Below, in pieces: positions 48,867 through 61,200 of a stretch of DNA of 64,000 nucleotides. The translations under genes were made by a program, and so were the position numbers. Position 1 is the stretch's first letter. Every line of letters begins with the position of its first letter. Source of the DNA: Gonapodya sp. JEL0774 (Eukaryota); contig JADIIX010000088.1 of assembly GCA_027604505.1 (NCBI GenBank), positions 1 through 64,000 of the forward strand, in the 5' to 3' direction. The notes under the pieces were generated by a model. It saw only the letters and a list, made by a program, of their open reading frames with translations. It was not told the DNA's origin and searched no databases.

Positions 48867-49720
48867 TCAGCTGTTGATAATTCTATCCTGCTGCAAAATT
48901 TTCTCTGCCCACTTCACCACGGGTGCGTCGATCATCTTCCCGTCCAACACGAACGCCCCGATCCCCTTTGCCACATGTTCTTCAAAGCCCTCCACGATCC
49001 GTTTCGCCCGGTCGATTTCGGAGGACGAGGGGCTGAAGTGTTTGTGGATCAGAGGGACTTGGAGGGGGTGGATCGCTTGCTTGCCGGTGAAACCCCACTC
49101 CCGACCTTCGGTGCATTCTTCCTCCTGGGCGAGCGAGCGAAACGTAGTCGGAAAGAAGTGTGAGGTGCAGAAAAAGAACCCCCAAACCACGCCCGTGAAC
49201 CCAAACCCTCCACCACGCATCCCCCATCCCACCTTCCCTCCCCCCACCTCCAACTCACCAGCACCACCTCACTTTTATAATCCATGCACACCAAATCTAT
49301 CGCCTGCACGCCCACCGCACTCGCGTGCGCACTCACGCACTGCCGCGCGTACTGCAGTTCCCGCCGGGACGGGGTCCGCCGGATACCCGTGTCTGCGCAG
49401 TAGTCTTCGGACGCGACTGGGGCGGGGGTGGGATGTGTGTGTGAGGCAGCGGAGGCGGGGGAGGCGGCGGGAGCGGCGGGTGTGTCGGCGGGGGTGAGTG
49501 ATGCCCCGCGATAGGGTTCGGTTGGACATGAGATGAGGTGAGAGGCTCGGTCGGTATTTGACTGACCTCCCTTTCGTGCCGGGATTTTGTTCTGGATTCT
49601 CAAATGTACTCACACACGATCCCATCCACCCTCGAATCCGCCGACGCGATTTCCCGCAGGTTCAACAGTCCCAGCGCGCTCTCGACACAGACAATGAACC
49701 GCACGTTGGGGCGGCTGCGA
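48867..49720 (-). CDS. Citrate lyase beta-like (CitE/CLYBL; HpcH/HpaI family), 3' portion only
   Basis: VESALGLLNLREIA, ASEDYCADTGIRRT, AIDLVCMDYK, GFTGKQAIHP, GAFVLDGKMIDAPVVKWAE. The N-terminal half was not found before the GC tract at 49862. Confidence 0.85.
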
Positions 49721-49861
49721 GGTTGCAGGAACAAAAGTCGTCGTGAAAAACCGCGAGACATCACACAAAAATGAAATCACCCGAACAGAAACTAAACCGC
49801 ATATCATTAATAGTTCCATATCGCACAGGTTAAACATCTCGTGGTTGGTTCTCGTCAACTT

Positions 49862-49949
49862 CCCGCCCCCCCGCCGCCGCCGGCGCGGCCGGGGCGCCCC
49901 CCGCCGCCGGCCCGCCCGCGGGCGCCCGCCCCGCCCCCCCCCCCCCGCG
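49862..49949. other. Pure G/C low-complexity tract; probable assembly artefact or junction
   Basis: About 88 nt with essentially no A/T, lying between two truncated genes. Confidence 0.6.
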
Positions 49950-50060
49950 ACCATGAAAATGCAATTGACCTGACATTGTGATGCTCATAACAACGGTGCA
50001 TCCTCCTCGACTGTTTCACACCTGGCACACCTGTGATTCGAGTCCATCCCCACAACTCAC

Positions 50061-50682
50061 TTGAGGCAAAACACACGACCGCATCCTGCACATTCACACA
50101 TAAGAGCCCGCTGGTCAGTTTTCCCGCATTCTTCCAGTTGGCATGTGAGGAGTTGGGATTCTGCGGCGGGGCCGGATCCGGATCCGGATCCGTCGAGGGC
50201 GACGAGGAGAGTGCAGTTGGAGGAGAGGTGGGCTTCGAGCTGAGCTAGGGAGATGTGGATTGGTTTTTTAAATAGGATGCGAGAGTGTGGGAGTAGAGTG
50301 AAATGAGTCGAACGGCGAGGGCCAGGGGCCAGGGGCGGGGGAACTCACGATGGCGTTTGGGTCACCACCATCTTGGGGATGAGCGGTGGAATCGAGGATG
50401 CGACCGCATTTCGAGCACACAATGTTTGCGCGTTTGTCGACAATCTGGGACCAATTGGGGCAGTTATGAGAAGGGGGTAACCTGTGAAGCGAGCTGCAGG
50501 GGGGTTCAAATCAACGAACATGGTTCATTCAGTTTCATTCAGTTTGGAGAGAGGGGACTCAACAAGAGCGATCAAGGAAAGTACCAGAACGAGAGAGTAC
50601 AGAACGAGCATTTGAAAGCGAGGAAGTCGAGTTTTGCACAGGAAGGGAGATGACAATGAGCGCCGACAGTGGGCAGCTCCAT
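50061..50682 (-). CDS. AN1-type zinc finger protein (ZFAND/AIRAP/Cuz1-like), 3' end missing
   Basis: MELPTVGAHCHLPSCAKLDFLAFKCSFCTLSF|CSLHRLPPSHNC. A second finger CQLEECG...CECAGCGRVFCL is followed by an intron that runs into the GC tract. Confidence 0.8.
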
Positions 50683-50810
50683 CAGTTGGTTGGTGTGAGC
50701 GCTGAAATGAAAGAATGAATGAGGCCTGAGACTGAGAATGGTGATGGAACAGGTGTGAAGTCTTGGCTGGATGGTTTGGCAGACCCGTCGCGCCCACTGC
50801 GTTGATAGGG

Positions 50811-50820
50811 NNNNNNNNNN
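50811..50820. other. Assembly gap (N10)
   Basis: Ten Ns flanked by G/C runs. Confidence 0.99.
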
Positions 50821-50984
50821 CCCCCCCCGCCCCCCCCCCCCCGGCCCCCGGGGCCCCCGGCCGCGGCGTTGAGTTTGAAGAGGAGTGGTCCACCTGCCCA
50901 GTGCCAGCCCACCCCGACCCACCCACCTACCATCCCCAACCCCCCAACCCCCCAACCCCCCCACTCTGGTACCCAGACCAATCA

Positions 50985-53900
50985 ATGAAAACTCGCTTCA
51001 CCGCACTCGACATCAGAGCTGTTGTAGGAGATCTCTCTCCTCGCTTGATTGGTCTCAGACTCGCAAATGTCTATGACATCAACCAGAAGACCTATCTCTG
51101 GAAGTTCGCCGCTGGTGGTGAAAAAGTGGTGCTGCTCACTGAATCCGGTCAGTATATACTTTCTCTCGCTTCACAAGGAGAAGGCGAATGCAATCTGTTG
51201 CCCGGAAACGGAGGAGCCCAGCAGGCAATCCTGAACCACAGTTACTGTGAACGTCCCCAGCGCGCCACTTTGTGGAATGATCGGTTTCATACTCCTTACC
51301 GCCTCACGGCTGTTTGTATGGGGCTTCGTAACGTTTTTGCATGTGGGACTGCGGAGGTATCATGTCGACACGACACGAAGATTCTGCCAAGTCTTCACCT
51401 ATCAAATCAGCAATCCACCACCGCTTCTTCCAGCTCGAACCGTTTCTCAAAGAAAACAGCCACACACATCCCTTCGTGATGGAGGAGCTTGCTTCCCACC
51501 CCCGGGGGGGGGGTGGGGGGGGGGGGGGGGNNNNNNNNNNCCCCCCGTTCCCTGTATCGTTGTTTCATCCTTCTGTTTCTCCCACCCTCGCCCCCCTACT
51601 ACCCCCCGTCTACCCGAAACCAACCCCCCCTTTTTCCGCCCACTTCCCCACATCTTCCCGCCCGCCCGCTAGGCATCCGGTTCCACTCCACCATATACGC
51701 CCACACCAAATCCCCCTCCCCCTCGGGCTTCGCCGCCAAGCTCCGCAAACACCTCAAATCCCGCCGCCTCACCGGCCTCCGCCAGCTCGGGTTCGACCGC
51801 ATCATCGACATGAAGTTTGGAGACGGGGAAGCCGCGTATCATGTGCTCGTGGAGCTGTACGTGAGTAGTTTAAGTTCACCAACCCGTGCGGGACGGGTAC
51901 AGTGGTGGTGGTGGGCCTGGACGGATCTGCCTGCGCTCCTTCGCAGCAACAAGAGCATGCGTCTAAGCAAACAAGAAGGACCAAAATACACTTCTCATCA
52001 TCTCCCCACATCAACGTCCCCGCTCAACCCCGCACGTCCTCCAGTCTTCGGGCAACATCATCCTCACAGACCACACCTACCGCATCCTCGCCCTTCTCCG
52101 CTCCGTCACCCTCGAAGCGCCGCCCACGGGAAGTGCCTCCGGTGCTAAAGGTGCGCCCGGTACGTCCGGTACGTCCGGCTTCACCGCGGCCGCCGCCACC
52201 GCCGCTCGTGACGCCGGTGCGGATGCGGGTGCGGGTGCGGGCGACGAGAAACCGATCGAGAAAGTCCGGATAGCCGTCGGGGAAATCTACGATGTGACGC
52301 TGGCGAGGGAGTTTGTTCCCATGACGAGGGACAGGCTGAAAGAGCTGTTGGGCGGCCCTCCCCAACCGGGACCAGGTGGTGGGGGTGGGGGTGGGCTAAC
52401 GGGGAATGGCGGGGTGGTGGACCTTTCCAGTGTCGAGCACCCGCCGGCCACGGCCGTCGACGCGGGGACATCTCCTGCGCCGGCCCTCAACCCCGACCCC
52501 AACGTCGAGACCCCGTCGGACGCCAAACCACCCACCGGCACCAAGGGAAAACAGTCGTCGGGCAGAAAGAAGGACCCAAAGAGCTCCTCACAGCAGCAAC
52601 ACAAGGATGGCGGCAAGCAATCCGCCAAAGCAGAAGCAAAGTCTCTGCGGACGGACGGTGGTGCCGGTGGTGCCGGTATTGCCGGTGGTCCCACGGTGAA
52701 GAAGTGGTTGAAAGACAAGGCAGGGATGGATTTCGCACCGGGTGCGTACTGTTTTGTTTCGGTTGAGTCCTTGTGTCTACTCCTGTCCAGTCTGGCGTTA
52801 CAGTAACAACAAACCAATACCGATCACATTTCATCTTAAACACCATCGCGGGACTCGATACAACCACTGCTTCACCCCTCAGTTGTCATAGATCACGTCC
52901 TTCACCTCGCCTCTGTCCCTGCAACCCTCCGACTCGGAGACCTCGACACCTCGGACACGTCGCCGGACTCGCAATTCGTCAAGCTGTGCGAGGTATTCGA
53001 GCAAGTGAATGACATGATTGTCAGCAGGGGAACTGGAGAGGGGGAGGGGTGGTGTGTGGTCAAGGAAGTGGGCAAAGGGGAGGGGGAAGGGGCCGAGACG
53101 CCATCGGCAGAGGCCAAGGGTGTGGGTGTGCCGACGGCGCAAGCAGGACCGACAACCTTTGGCGGCACTGAAACGCCCACCACCACCCACATCTCACCCG
53201 GCACCTCTGACTCGTCCACCCTCGAGGAGTTCCACCCCTTTTTCCCATCCCACCTGTCCCACCTCCCACTCCGCCGCTTCCCCACCTTTTGCGCCGCCGC
53301 GGACGAGTTCTTCTCCCTCCTGGAACATTCCCGACTGCGCACCAGGGCCGAGCAGGCGGAACTCGCGGCCAAGCGGCGGATAGACCACACGCGGAAGGAA
53401 CACGAGGCAAGAGTGGCGGGACTCACTGCCGCTCAAGAGCAGAGTGTCAAGGTGGCGAGAGCTGTGGAGAGGCATTTGGAGGAGGTGGAGAGGGTGCTTG
53501 GGGTCGTGAGGAGCTACCTGGCGGCGGGGTACGACTGGAGGGACTTGGAACGGGAGGTGGAGGAGGGGAAGAAGAGGGGGAATCCGGAGGCTATGATGGT
53601 GGAGAAACTCAAGTTGGCCGAGGGAATCGTCATCGTTAAGTGAGTGTCGTGTGGCTGTTAGTGGAGCAAACACGATGCTGTCCTGAACTTGACACCCGAC
53701 TTTCGAAACACCCGCTTCCCCCCCCCCCCCCCTGCTCTCTGCCATACAGACTTCCCGATCCAGACTTTGAAGACGCCGAAAGTGATGACGATGAATTCGA
53801 TGAGACCGAGAGCGAGGACGACTCGCGTGACTCGAACGAAGAGCAGCACGCGAGGCACACCAAATCAGATTCCAAGATCAAGGAAGAGCATAAATGGCTG

Positions 53901-56126
53901 AGTGTGGATCTGGACTTGCACCTCGGAGGGTACGCTAATGCGAAGCGGTGAGTAGCGGTTCCTACCAGACGAGGAGTCGTTCACTGAGCAGCACACGCTT
54001 GCCATGCGTCCACCAGATTCTATGACGCACGCCGTCAAGCTCTCCAAAAGCAAGAGAAAACCGTCGCCGCGACCTCCAAGGCCCTGAAAGCCTCAGAACG
54101 CAAAGCTGCTGCCGAGATCCGAACCGCGCAGGCCGCCCGCGTATCCGCCACGACAGCCCGTCCACAGACTCTTCGGAAGCCGTATTGGTTCGAGCGGTTT
54201 CATTGGTTTGTGAGCAGTGAGAATTATTTGGTGATTGGGGGCAGGGATGCCCAACAGAATGAGGAGCTCGTGCGCAAGTACCTCAAGCCGGGGGACGTTT
54301 ATGTCCATGCGGACCTGCAAGGTAAGTAGACGACGTACGTGTGAGATTATGGAGAGGCACGCTTTTGATTCTGGGGAGCGTCGGCTGACACCTCTCACTC
54401 CGTTTGGAGGTGCCCCAAGTGTTGTCATCAAGAATCCGTACCAGTTCGATGCCACGAAGGACAACGCCTTGCCACCCCCACCACCAGGGACCAGCAAGGA
54501 AAATCCTGTTCCACCCCTGACACTGTCGCAAGCTGGAACAATGGCTGTGCGTGAAAAGGAAGCTGAGATTTCTGTATGCACTGCGTCTCTTTGTTTCTTA
54601 CTCGAACCCCGTGAATAGATCTGTACAAGCGATGCGTGGGACTCCAAAATAGTCACTTCTGCGTGGTGGGTGTACCCCAATCAGGTCAGCAAAACAGATC
54701 CCTTTGGAGAACCCTTGCCATTGGGAGCGGTTGAAATCAAAGGCAAGAAGAACTGGCTCCCCCCGACTCAACTGTGAGTACCTGGTCAGAAAACTGGATT
54801 TGGCCATACCACTATTGAAATCTCGTTTCTTGGGGGGTTTTTGACAGTGTTTACGGATTTGCTCTCCTGTTTCGAGTTGAGGATAGCAATATCCCTTCGC
54901 ATATGTGGGACCGGAGGCCTTGGGCGCGAGGAGATTCTGTTGATGACTACAAACTCGCTATTTATGCAGCATCTTCTGTCGATCAAGACGATGGTGAAGA
55001 AGAGGTGCTATCCACAGTAGAAGACGACTCGTTGGACAAGGTGCTGGAGGAGGAAGAAATCGAAGGGACGGAAAATGAAGGAACCCTGGTCAGGAAAGAC
55101 ATTGAGGTACAGCAGGTGCCAGAGGAATCTGTTGAAACTTCGTCGGATCGTGCTAAGGTTAAAGATGACGAAGACGGCGAACTGGCGAATGATTCTGGGC
55201 GGAAAGAAAGACACCTACAAACCACATATGGATTGAATGGTGAACAGGTAGAAGAGGGACAGCCTCCCAAACAGGATGGCATTGATGAAGTGGGTGCTCA
55301 AGGACTGACAGCAGCCACGGCAGGACAAGGGAGAAGGTCCAACAGGCCTGTCACCGCCAAAGAACGACGAGACCTCAAGAAGGGAAGAGATGTTCTGTCA
55401 GATCGACCCAACACTGGTGTTAAAGATATCGACACTGTTCCGCCTATGAGTGAAGACCAAGGAAAGCAATCTTCTCAAAGTGGACGCGGAAAACGCAGTA
55501 AGCTCAAAAAGAAGCAGGACAAGTACGGTGATCAAGACGACGATGAAAAGGAGATGGCAAAGCAGCTGTTGGGTGTCAAGGTGCAAGGACAGGAACAAGA
55601 TGTCAAGAAAAGCATGAGTGTAGAGAAGAAGGATTTGGGATGGAAGCAGCACGGCCAAGCTGGGAAATCTCATCCAAGCTCATCAAGCCAGGCCGAATCT
55701 GGTAAGAAACCTTCTACACCACAGAGTCACAGACCTCAGCCTTCCAATCGAACGCTGGAGGATTTTGGAGAGGAAGTCGACGATGAAGCCGCGCGAAATA
55801 TCGCGTCCCAGGTCGCTGTAGTAGACCAGCTGACTGGAACTCCTTTGGCCACGGACAATCTGCTGTATGCAGTGGCCGTATGTGGTCCTTGGAGTGCGTT
55901 GCAGCGATACAACTACAAAATCAAACTTACACCGGGAACTGTCAAGAGAGGGAAGGCCGCAAAGTCTGCACTGCAGCAATTCCAAAGAGAGTCGCAGGGT
56001 CAGTCTCCGCAGGAGAGAGAGGCAGTACGAACTGTGCTGGAGAACGACGCAATTACTGCAATGCTTCCCAAAGTGAAGATGGTCAGTGGGCAAAACGACA
56101 TTAAAGGTGCGAAGAAAAGTAGATAG
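50985..56126 (+). CDS. RQC2: Ribosome quality control subunit Rqc2/NEMF (Tae2), multi-exon
   Basis: MKTRFTALDIRA, LRLANVYDI, GFAAKLRKHLKSRRL..QLGFDRIID, RKPYWFERFHWFVSSENYLVIGGRDAQQNE, YVHADLQG, AWWVYPNQVSKT, VCGPWSALQRYNYKIKLTPG. Confidence 0.93.
51531..51540. other. Assembly gap (N10) inside the first RQC2 intron
   Basis: Ten Ns after a poly-G run. Confidence 0.99.
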
Positions 56127-56172
56127 TAAACAGGTAGTGTGCCAATTTCGAGTTCATAATGTGTGAGGTTTA

Positions 56173-58047
56173 TTACATCGCAATCAGAAGCTTGCCACTA
56201 GTTTTTCCACTCTGGAGATCAGTGTGAGCTTGTGCGGCATCCTTAAGTGGGTAGTGCTGCATTATATTTGAACGGGCAATCAAAACCACTATAGTCCACA
56301 TGGAGCAATGAATAATTATCACCTTGTGAATTTTGATAGTCAGCTTTCCTTGGGCAATGAGACCAAACAGCTCTGTAGCAAGCTTTTGGAACTGCTCCGC
56401 AGTTTTCAAGCGGTTGAATAACGTGGGCCTCATCTGTGGTGAATTGCAATGTTGATAAAGCACCGTAACATCGGACATTTTGAAGAACACACACCAGTCT
56501 GAAGTTTCCTGCGGCCAATTTTGAGAGTGGAACAGGATCCACGGGACCACTGGCATTACTACGGGAAAAAGCAGTCTGTTGATCGAGTGCGGCTGAACAG
56601 CTGCTCCTTTCTGGCCGAACTCACCCGAAAGTTATCAACCAACCTCCTGGTGTTTTCAAGCAAGCCAAGCTTTGATCAAAGGTTGTTTTACCGACACCGT
56701 CAAATACCGCGTCCACCTGGGAAGCACCCGAGCGAAAGGTGAGTTCAATAACCCAATCCGTCAAACCACCCAAACCGCGATCGATTCTTCCAACTCAACG
56801 TACACCGTCGCCTTTAGTGATTTCTTTCACTTTCGCCACTACGTCTTCTTTGGTGTAACTGAATGCAGCAATATGATAAGGAAATGCTCGCGCGGTAAGC
56901 CGACCCTAAAAATGGGCTCACTCTATGACGTAGTCGGCACCCAGCAACTTGACTGAGTCAATCTTCAGAAGGTTAGAGATTCACCGGTCAACGAATCGCA
57001 GAATGATCGGAGTGATCATACAATCTTACCTTGCTTGTGGAGCAAAGACCGATGACGGTTGCACCTAGATGCTTACCAACCTGAACCTGCAGTGAGCCCG
57101 TTCCACCAGCTGTTCAACAGGTGATAGTAGAGCTGACCAAGAAACCTCACACGTGGGAGCCATCAACGAGAGTAACGCACCAGCCGCCCACACGAGGATG
57201 GTATCACCTTTCTTGATGGGGCAGTCCTGGGTCAATTGAGTCCATGCCGTCAATCCTGTTTTATTCAAAGCGCTGAGAGGTGAATGTTGACGCAAGAATT
57301 CGCGCTCTCCTCACCTTGCAACAACGATGCCCCTCCGATTTCGTCGGTGATGCCAGCAGGCAAAGTAATCGCGAATCCAGCCGGTACAGTAGTGTACTCA
57401 GCATAGCTGGATCCTGAAAAGTAGGCGACTCGATCGCCAACCTAAAACGTGCGAACAATCAGAGTTATGTAGATTAAAATTGCAAGTGTGGTCCGTTCAA
57501 CAGACACTGACCTTGAACCCAGATTCTTCGCCAACGGCTACCACTGTGCCTGAACCTTCTCTTCCAAGTACAAAAGCTGTGCGTTGCAGAAAACAGATCC
57601 AGGTTTCAATGCACGCAAGTTCAACCACCCATCAGACAGGAAACCCACGCAGTGGAACCGAGTAAAGCCCGGATCGCTGGTATGTGTCAATGAAGTTCAC
57701 ACCTGCGAAGGCATTTTTCACCAAAATTTGGCCCTTTGCGGGTCTCTGGACTGCCTTGCAGCAAATAATTATTCGATGGAGCCAAAGGATGAAGAGTTAC
57801 AGAATGAAAATCCTGAAATCAGATGCGATAACTTGACAAATTCATCAGTTCAGAAACGCTGACCAGGATGAGGTTTGTATTGGAGGGCGGAGACATCCCC
57901 GGGCTTTTCAATGAGAACAACGGGTGCCTCTGGAGGAATAGACATTGTTCTTCGAGTTGCGGTGAAGGCACGGAGAGGTGATACTGTAGCGAGATTGAAT
58001 GTGCGGTAACAAGAACTCGGCCGAATTCTGCACAATAATGAGAACAT
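56173..58047 (-). CDS. NADPH:quinone oxidoreductase (zeta-crystallin/Zta1-like), with a putative mitochondrial presequence
   Basis: LGREGSGTVVAVG, GLTAWTQLT..CPIKKGDTILVWAA, YPLKDAAQAHTDLQSGKTSGKLL. Arg/Ser/Thr-rich, acid-free N-terminus. Confidence 0.88.
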
Positions 58048-58236
58048 ATGCAAAGTGTGTGTGCACGGATGAAGGACTAAGGGGATCCACACCAACTTCA
58101 TACAAAAGAGCTTTACGAGTGCATTCTTTGTAAGTGATTGAATGATCCCCGGAGTAAATGAAACGACCAAGAGATGATATTCAGTGGCTGTTACATCCAG
58201 TGGTATGCAATTACCTAATTCTCTGCCAGATTGCAA

Positions 58237-61200
58237 TTAGACTCGGCGATAGTACAAGCAGTATGCCCAACGTGTCTTAGATGGGGGAAAACTGTGTCAA
58301 AATACAATCGTCTCCAGTCGGCACGAAAGAAAAGATAGGCTTACCTTTACAGCTTCTTCCTCAACTTCTTTTACTGCATCATCATCGAACTCAAACCACC
58401 GTCTTTCTGATGAACCCTCGGGTGAACGCTCACAAAACGCGGTATCTGTTGCAAACGACAGGGATGTCAGATGCCGTTTGACTTGGGAAAAGGCAAAACC
58501 CTGAACTCACAGTGCCCGGAATGATTATTACCAAAATGATTTACAACCGCAAATAGCCGGTATCTTGAAGTGGTTCCCTCCCCCATAAGTTCTGGTGCCA
58601 GTCCAATGAAGTCCGCTTCGATTGGGAAATCGATCATTGTCTCAATCTTACGACTGAAACTCATCCCATTTGGAAGCACATCCCATCTAAATCTCTTCAA
58701 ATGGATTATAAGAATCTTAGGTAAGCCGTAGAGAGTCATGCGCTTGACCGCGTTCGTCTTCTTGCCGCAACGAGCACAATCAACCGCTTCAGCTCCAGTA
58801 AGCTCTTCCTCGGAAGTAAAAAGGTCAATACAGTCGAGTAGTGTTGGAACCGGGGGCACGCCTCGTTGTCGCGAAGATTGCTGGTAGCTGGGAGGGCCCA
58901 CATGAAACCCATTGGTCCTTACTGGTGCACCTTCAGAATCAGAGTCTTCAGAGTCGGTTTCAGGAATAGGCGCCTACCATTATAGGTACAAGCAAACGTG
59001 AAAAAGTGACATAGAGAGGAACCAATATTTTGCACTCACGAAAAACTGGTCTTGCTTTTCTCGATAGAAACGACTTCGCCCTTCCCACCGCCAATCCAAG
59101 GAAAGTCTCAAAAATCTTTTAACATGTAGCACTATGCGCTTCGGCCCATTTCCAGACACTTGCTCTTCCTCCAATCTTCTGCGATCAGGTCCGCTTGACG
59201 ACTCATCGTCGGAGGAACTGGGCGATGACTCGAGGGATCGCGTCGCAGTTCCGGTTTCAACCTTTCGGACTACGAAAGGAGGTGGAAAAGTCTTGGTATC
59301 AAAATCGCGGGGAAGTACGTTGTGGTCACTGAGTGCGTGTAGTTCCGAACAGAAATCAATACCAACCACACACGAAGAGCGCAGAAATTACGAGCTATCA
59401 CTCACATCAATTTTCCGACGATGGCACGGTAAATTTCTCCCTGCGTATACTCGCCGGCAAGGAAAGATAGTATCAACGGGGTTCCGAAGACTTCGATCAT
59501 ATGTGAGTTTGGTCCCTCGGGTCCATGATGCTGGGTGACAACGTAAGAATTGTGAGGACCATGCTCAATTTCATAGCTTAGTTTGAGTAAAAGAAGAGAC
59601 ATTTACAAGCGGGCGGAAACAAGCTAGGGCTCTTTGCACACTTACGCGACCAGCTCTCGAAGATCTGCGAGCGCTCTGACCCTCTGACTTTTGTCGAATG
59701 TTTTTTGAATGACGTTTCCATTTGGATCCGACTCAGTGATCAGCCATTCGCGCTCGACTTTCACCCGTTTCGAGGCTCCGTTGACCATTGCTGACTTGGC
59801 CATCAATTCCTTCACCTTCTCTTTGATTTCCAGTACCCGCCCCTCTTTCCTCACAAACATCCTTTTTCGTAGCCTTCTCCTTCCTTCCAAGTCCACGACA
59901 TAAACGTTGAACTGCAATCTCTCTTCAGGGAGAGGTACCGTGAGGAACATGAATGGGTCGAACTTCATGGATGATTTGCCACAGACTTTGCATGTGACTG
60001 ATGACTTGTAGAGACCTTGAAAATTCTCCACTATGATACTGGAATTCAGCAGTTTGTGATGATTCCAGAACTCCCTTGACACAATCTGTAGGAAGAACGT
60101 AAGGTAAGCACGAGTATCGCCTGCAACACATGCCATACTACTCACAGAGTCAGCAATGCTACCGTCATAGTCGGCCATTTCCTTTATCTGGCCCTTCATC
60201 TTGCCGCCACGTTCATTCAAATCTTCATGGATTGCGTCCAGCAGGAAGGCCATTACCTCTTGAGCATCGTGCTGCTGGAATACATCTTCGAATAGTGCCC
60301 AGGTGCGCTCAAGCGTGTTTATGAACGTTTGAGGAGTCACGGGGGACGAGCTGCTGTTCAGTTGCCGCACGAGAGCTGCAAATGATTGGACGACCTTGCC
60401 AGAGTTTCCCAAGGGATTCGAGGCATTAATATCGTGCTTCCATACATCCGAAGCTAGAAGGTATGGATGAGAAACAAAGTTAGGGCACTTCTAACCTAAT
60501 GGACCGAACACACCCCACGCACCGAGAAAGTAATCCCTCAGTTCAGGGGTACTGCTTAGTGCTTGGACAATGCTGTTCACGTAACACTATGGAGTTTAAT
60601 CCAGTTGCGTGAGGAACACGATACTGCGATTAAGGAACAAATTCCACCTTACCGTTTGGCCCATATTGTAAAGTCCTCGAGGCATCCCGTCCTTCCTACC
60701 GCCAACAACAGATCCGATTGCACTACCAAAGAGGGAGGCGATGCCCCCCAAACTCGATGCTTCATATGCTTTCTCCCTCATTGTGTGCTTTTCGGCGACG
60801 ACGATACTATCCTCTAAGACTTCTGCGTCCTGACTACCCACAGGACTCAAGACGCTGCGATCAGTGTCTGTGAATGGGGGCTCCACGTCATCATCGTGAC
60901 GTCCGTGATCTGAAGTGGACCGCGATGTCCCAGATGAGGACGAGTCGGGCCAAGCTCCTGGCATCGACACTTTGAAGGTTGGCTGACGGGAAGGCTGATC
61001 GGACAGCGGGGTGTCTGATTTTCGCTGCAAACTAGCGGGGCTAGACGGGTGGGGAGTCCTAGACGCCTTTGACGGCTCCAGTGATGCTGAACTGGGGGCA
61101 GTTTGAGATTCCAAATCGCCAATGCTTGTCTGAACGACGGGGTCAACGTTCGATGTTGTCGCAATCAGGTGATCTGAATCAGCGTTCATATGGGAGGACG

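Noticed and set aside
48867..50682. Novel AN1 zinc finger-CitE fusion protein
   Set aside because: Both parts are truncated at a G/C-only tract typical of sequencing failure. An artefact is more likely.
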